Assembly (NCBI GenBank): GCA_963754315.1 | Contig: CAVWFS010000016.1 | Span: forward strand, 1 to 64,000 | Direction: 5' to 3' | Source of the DNA: an uncultured Candidatus Rokubacteria bacterium | GTDB lineage: Bacteria; Methylomirabilota; Methylomirabilia; Rokubacteriales; CSP1-6 | Length of the DNA: 64,000 bases | Shown here: positions 63,333 through 64,000 of the stretch, one piece after another | How positions within the stretch are numbered: the first letter of the stretch is position 1 | Layout: each line of letters opens with the position of its first letter | Program-made: the position numbers and the translations under genes | Notes under the pieces: model-generated | The model's database searches: none | What the model was told of the DNA's origin: nothing | Seen by the model: only the letters and a program-made list of their open reading frames with translations

Positions 63333-63872
63333 CTAGTGCGGGCGAATATCGTTGTTGGGGGTGTGGTCGCCGGCGAGCCAGCGCTTGAGGTCCTCGTGCG
63401 CGTGCTGGCGTTGGTGGGTGTTGATGCGCTCGACGTCCGGGTGGTCGACGGTGAACTCGAGCCGGAGGTTGTTGGGATCGGTCACGTAGAGCGACACGCA
63501 GTACCCGTGGTCAGTCACGCGCAGCGCATGGCCGTTGGCTTCGAGGCGCTCCTTGATCCCGCGCTGGGTCTCGGCATCGCACTCGAAGGCTAGGTGGCCG
63601 GGCGAGTTCAGGTCCACTGGCCGCTCGTCCTGGTCGGCGTGCTGGAAGAAGGCCAGCGCGCCGCCGTCGGCAAAGGCGAAGAAGGTGTGAACGTACTCGC
63701 GCATGGCGCCACCACCCAGGGGAGCCCTCTCCGCCCAGGTGGCCACCAGGGGTAGCCCGAGGACATCTTCGTAGAAGTGCCGCGTCGCCTCCATGTCGCG
63801 CGTAACCCAGGCCGCATGGTGTAGCCGCCGGGGCCGCTTCACGCCCGCGGCTGAAGTGTGAGCCTTGTCCAT
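63333..63872 (-). CDS. VOC/glyoxalase family protein
   Basis: LHHAAW, FYEDVLGL, HLAF, HGYCVSLYVTDPNNLRLEF. Confidence 0.88.
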   Translation of the reverse strand: MDKAHTSAAGVKRPRRLHHAAWVTRDMEATRHFYEDVLGLPLVATWAERAPLGGGAMREYVHTFFAFADGGALAFFQHADQDERPVDLNSPGHLAFECDAETQRGIKERLEANGHALRVTDHGYCVSLYVTDPNNLRLEFTVDHPDVERINTHQRQHAHEDLKRWLAGDHTPNNDIRPH

Positions 63873-63938
63873 ATCGGCGTCTCCTCGAGGATGCGCTTTG
63901 GCGCAGTATAATCCCCCACGGCACATAGGGAGGCGAGC

Positions 63939-64000
63939 ATGCTTGCGATCGAGCCGACGGGACAGATCCTCGGGGCGACGGTCAGGGGTGTCGACCTCGC
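63939..64000 (+). CDS. N-terminus of a probable TauD/TfdA dioxygenase (cut by window edge)
   Basis: MLAIEPTGQILGATVRGVDL; GGGAGG SD; TATAAT at 63907-63912. Confidence 0.6.
   Translation, partial: MLAIEPTGQILGATVRGVDL

Overview
High-GC (roughly two-thirds by eye) bacterial chromosome segment containing the replication origin region. Core block: serS-gyrA-gyrB-recF-dnaN-dnaA (minus strand) diverging from rpmH-rnpA-yidD-yidC-mnmE-rsmG-parS/parS-parA-parB-mnmA-atpFHAGDC (plus strand), followed by a DUF507 pair, ubiX, tRNA-Leu(CAG), smpB and tmRNA. Left flank: a family-5 ABC importer, an MBL hydrolase, an LCM-type methyltransferase, a choice-of-anchor-Q beta-helix protein, decayed gene debris around tRNA-Ser(TGA), and an ECF sigma/anti-sigma pair. 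Right flank: two VapBC-type toxin-antitoxin pairs, an LLM-hydrolase-LLM operon, an Ldh_2 oxidoreductase, a Tat sulfite oxidase with cytochrome c, a secreted thaumatin-like protein, and a ~10 kb operon behind a sigma54 (-24/-12) promoter (ROK kinase, hydrolase-glycosyltransferase fusion, OsmC, methyltransferase, truncated globin, V4R/H-NOX-like-GAF kinase, REC-degenerate cyclase, NtrC-type activator). Gene content suggests Candidatus Rokubacteria/Methylomirabilota, but that is inference only. Many essential genes carry single-base indels, most likely uncorrected long-read errors. Best leads: (1) the self-contained sigma54 globin-kinase-cyclase-glycosyltransferase operon, with substituted catalytic residues in several enzymes; (2) a strand-specific C-to-T hypermutation tract at ~44.24-44.46 kb; (3) a structured intergenic repeat with compensatory base changes, present in the gyrB-gyrA and atpD-atpC spacers; (4) a bacterial thaumatin-like protein; (5) recurrent near-cognate (CTG/ATT) starts at translationally coupled gene junctions.
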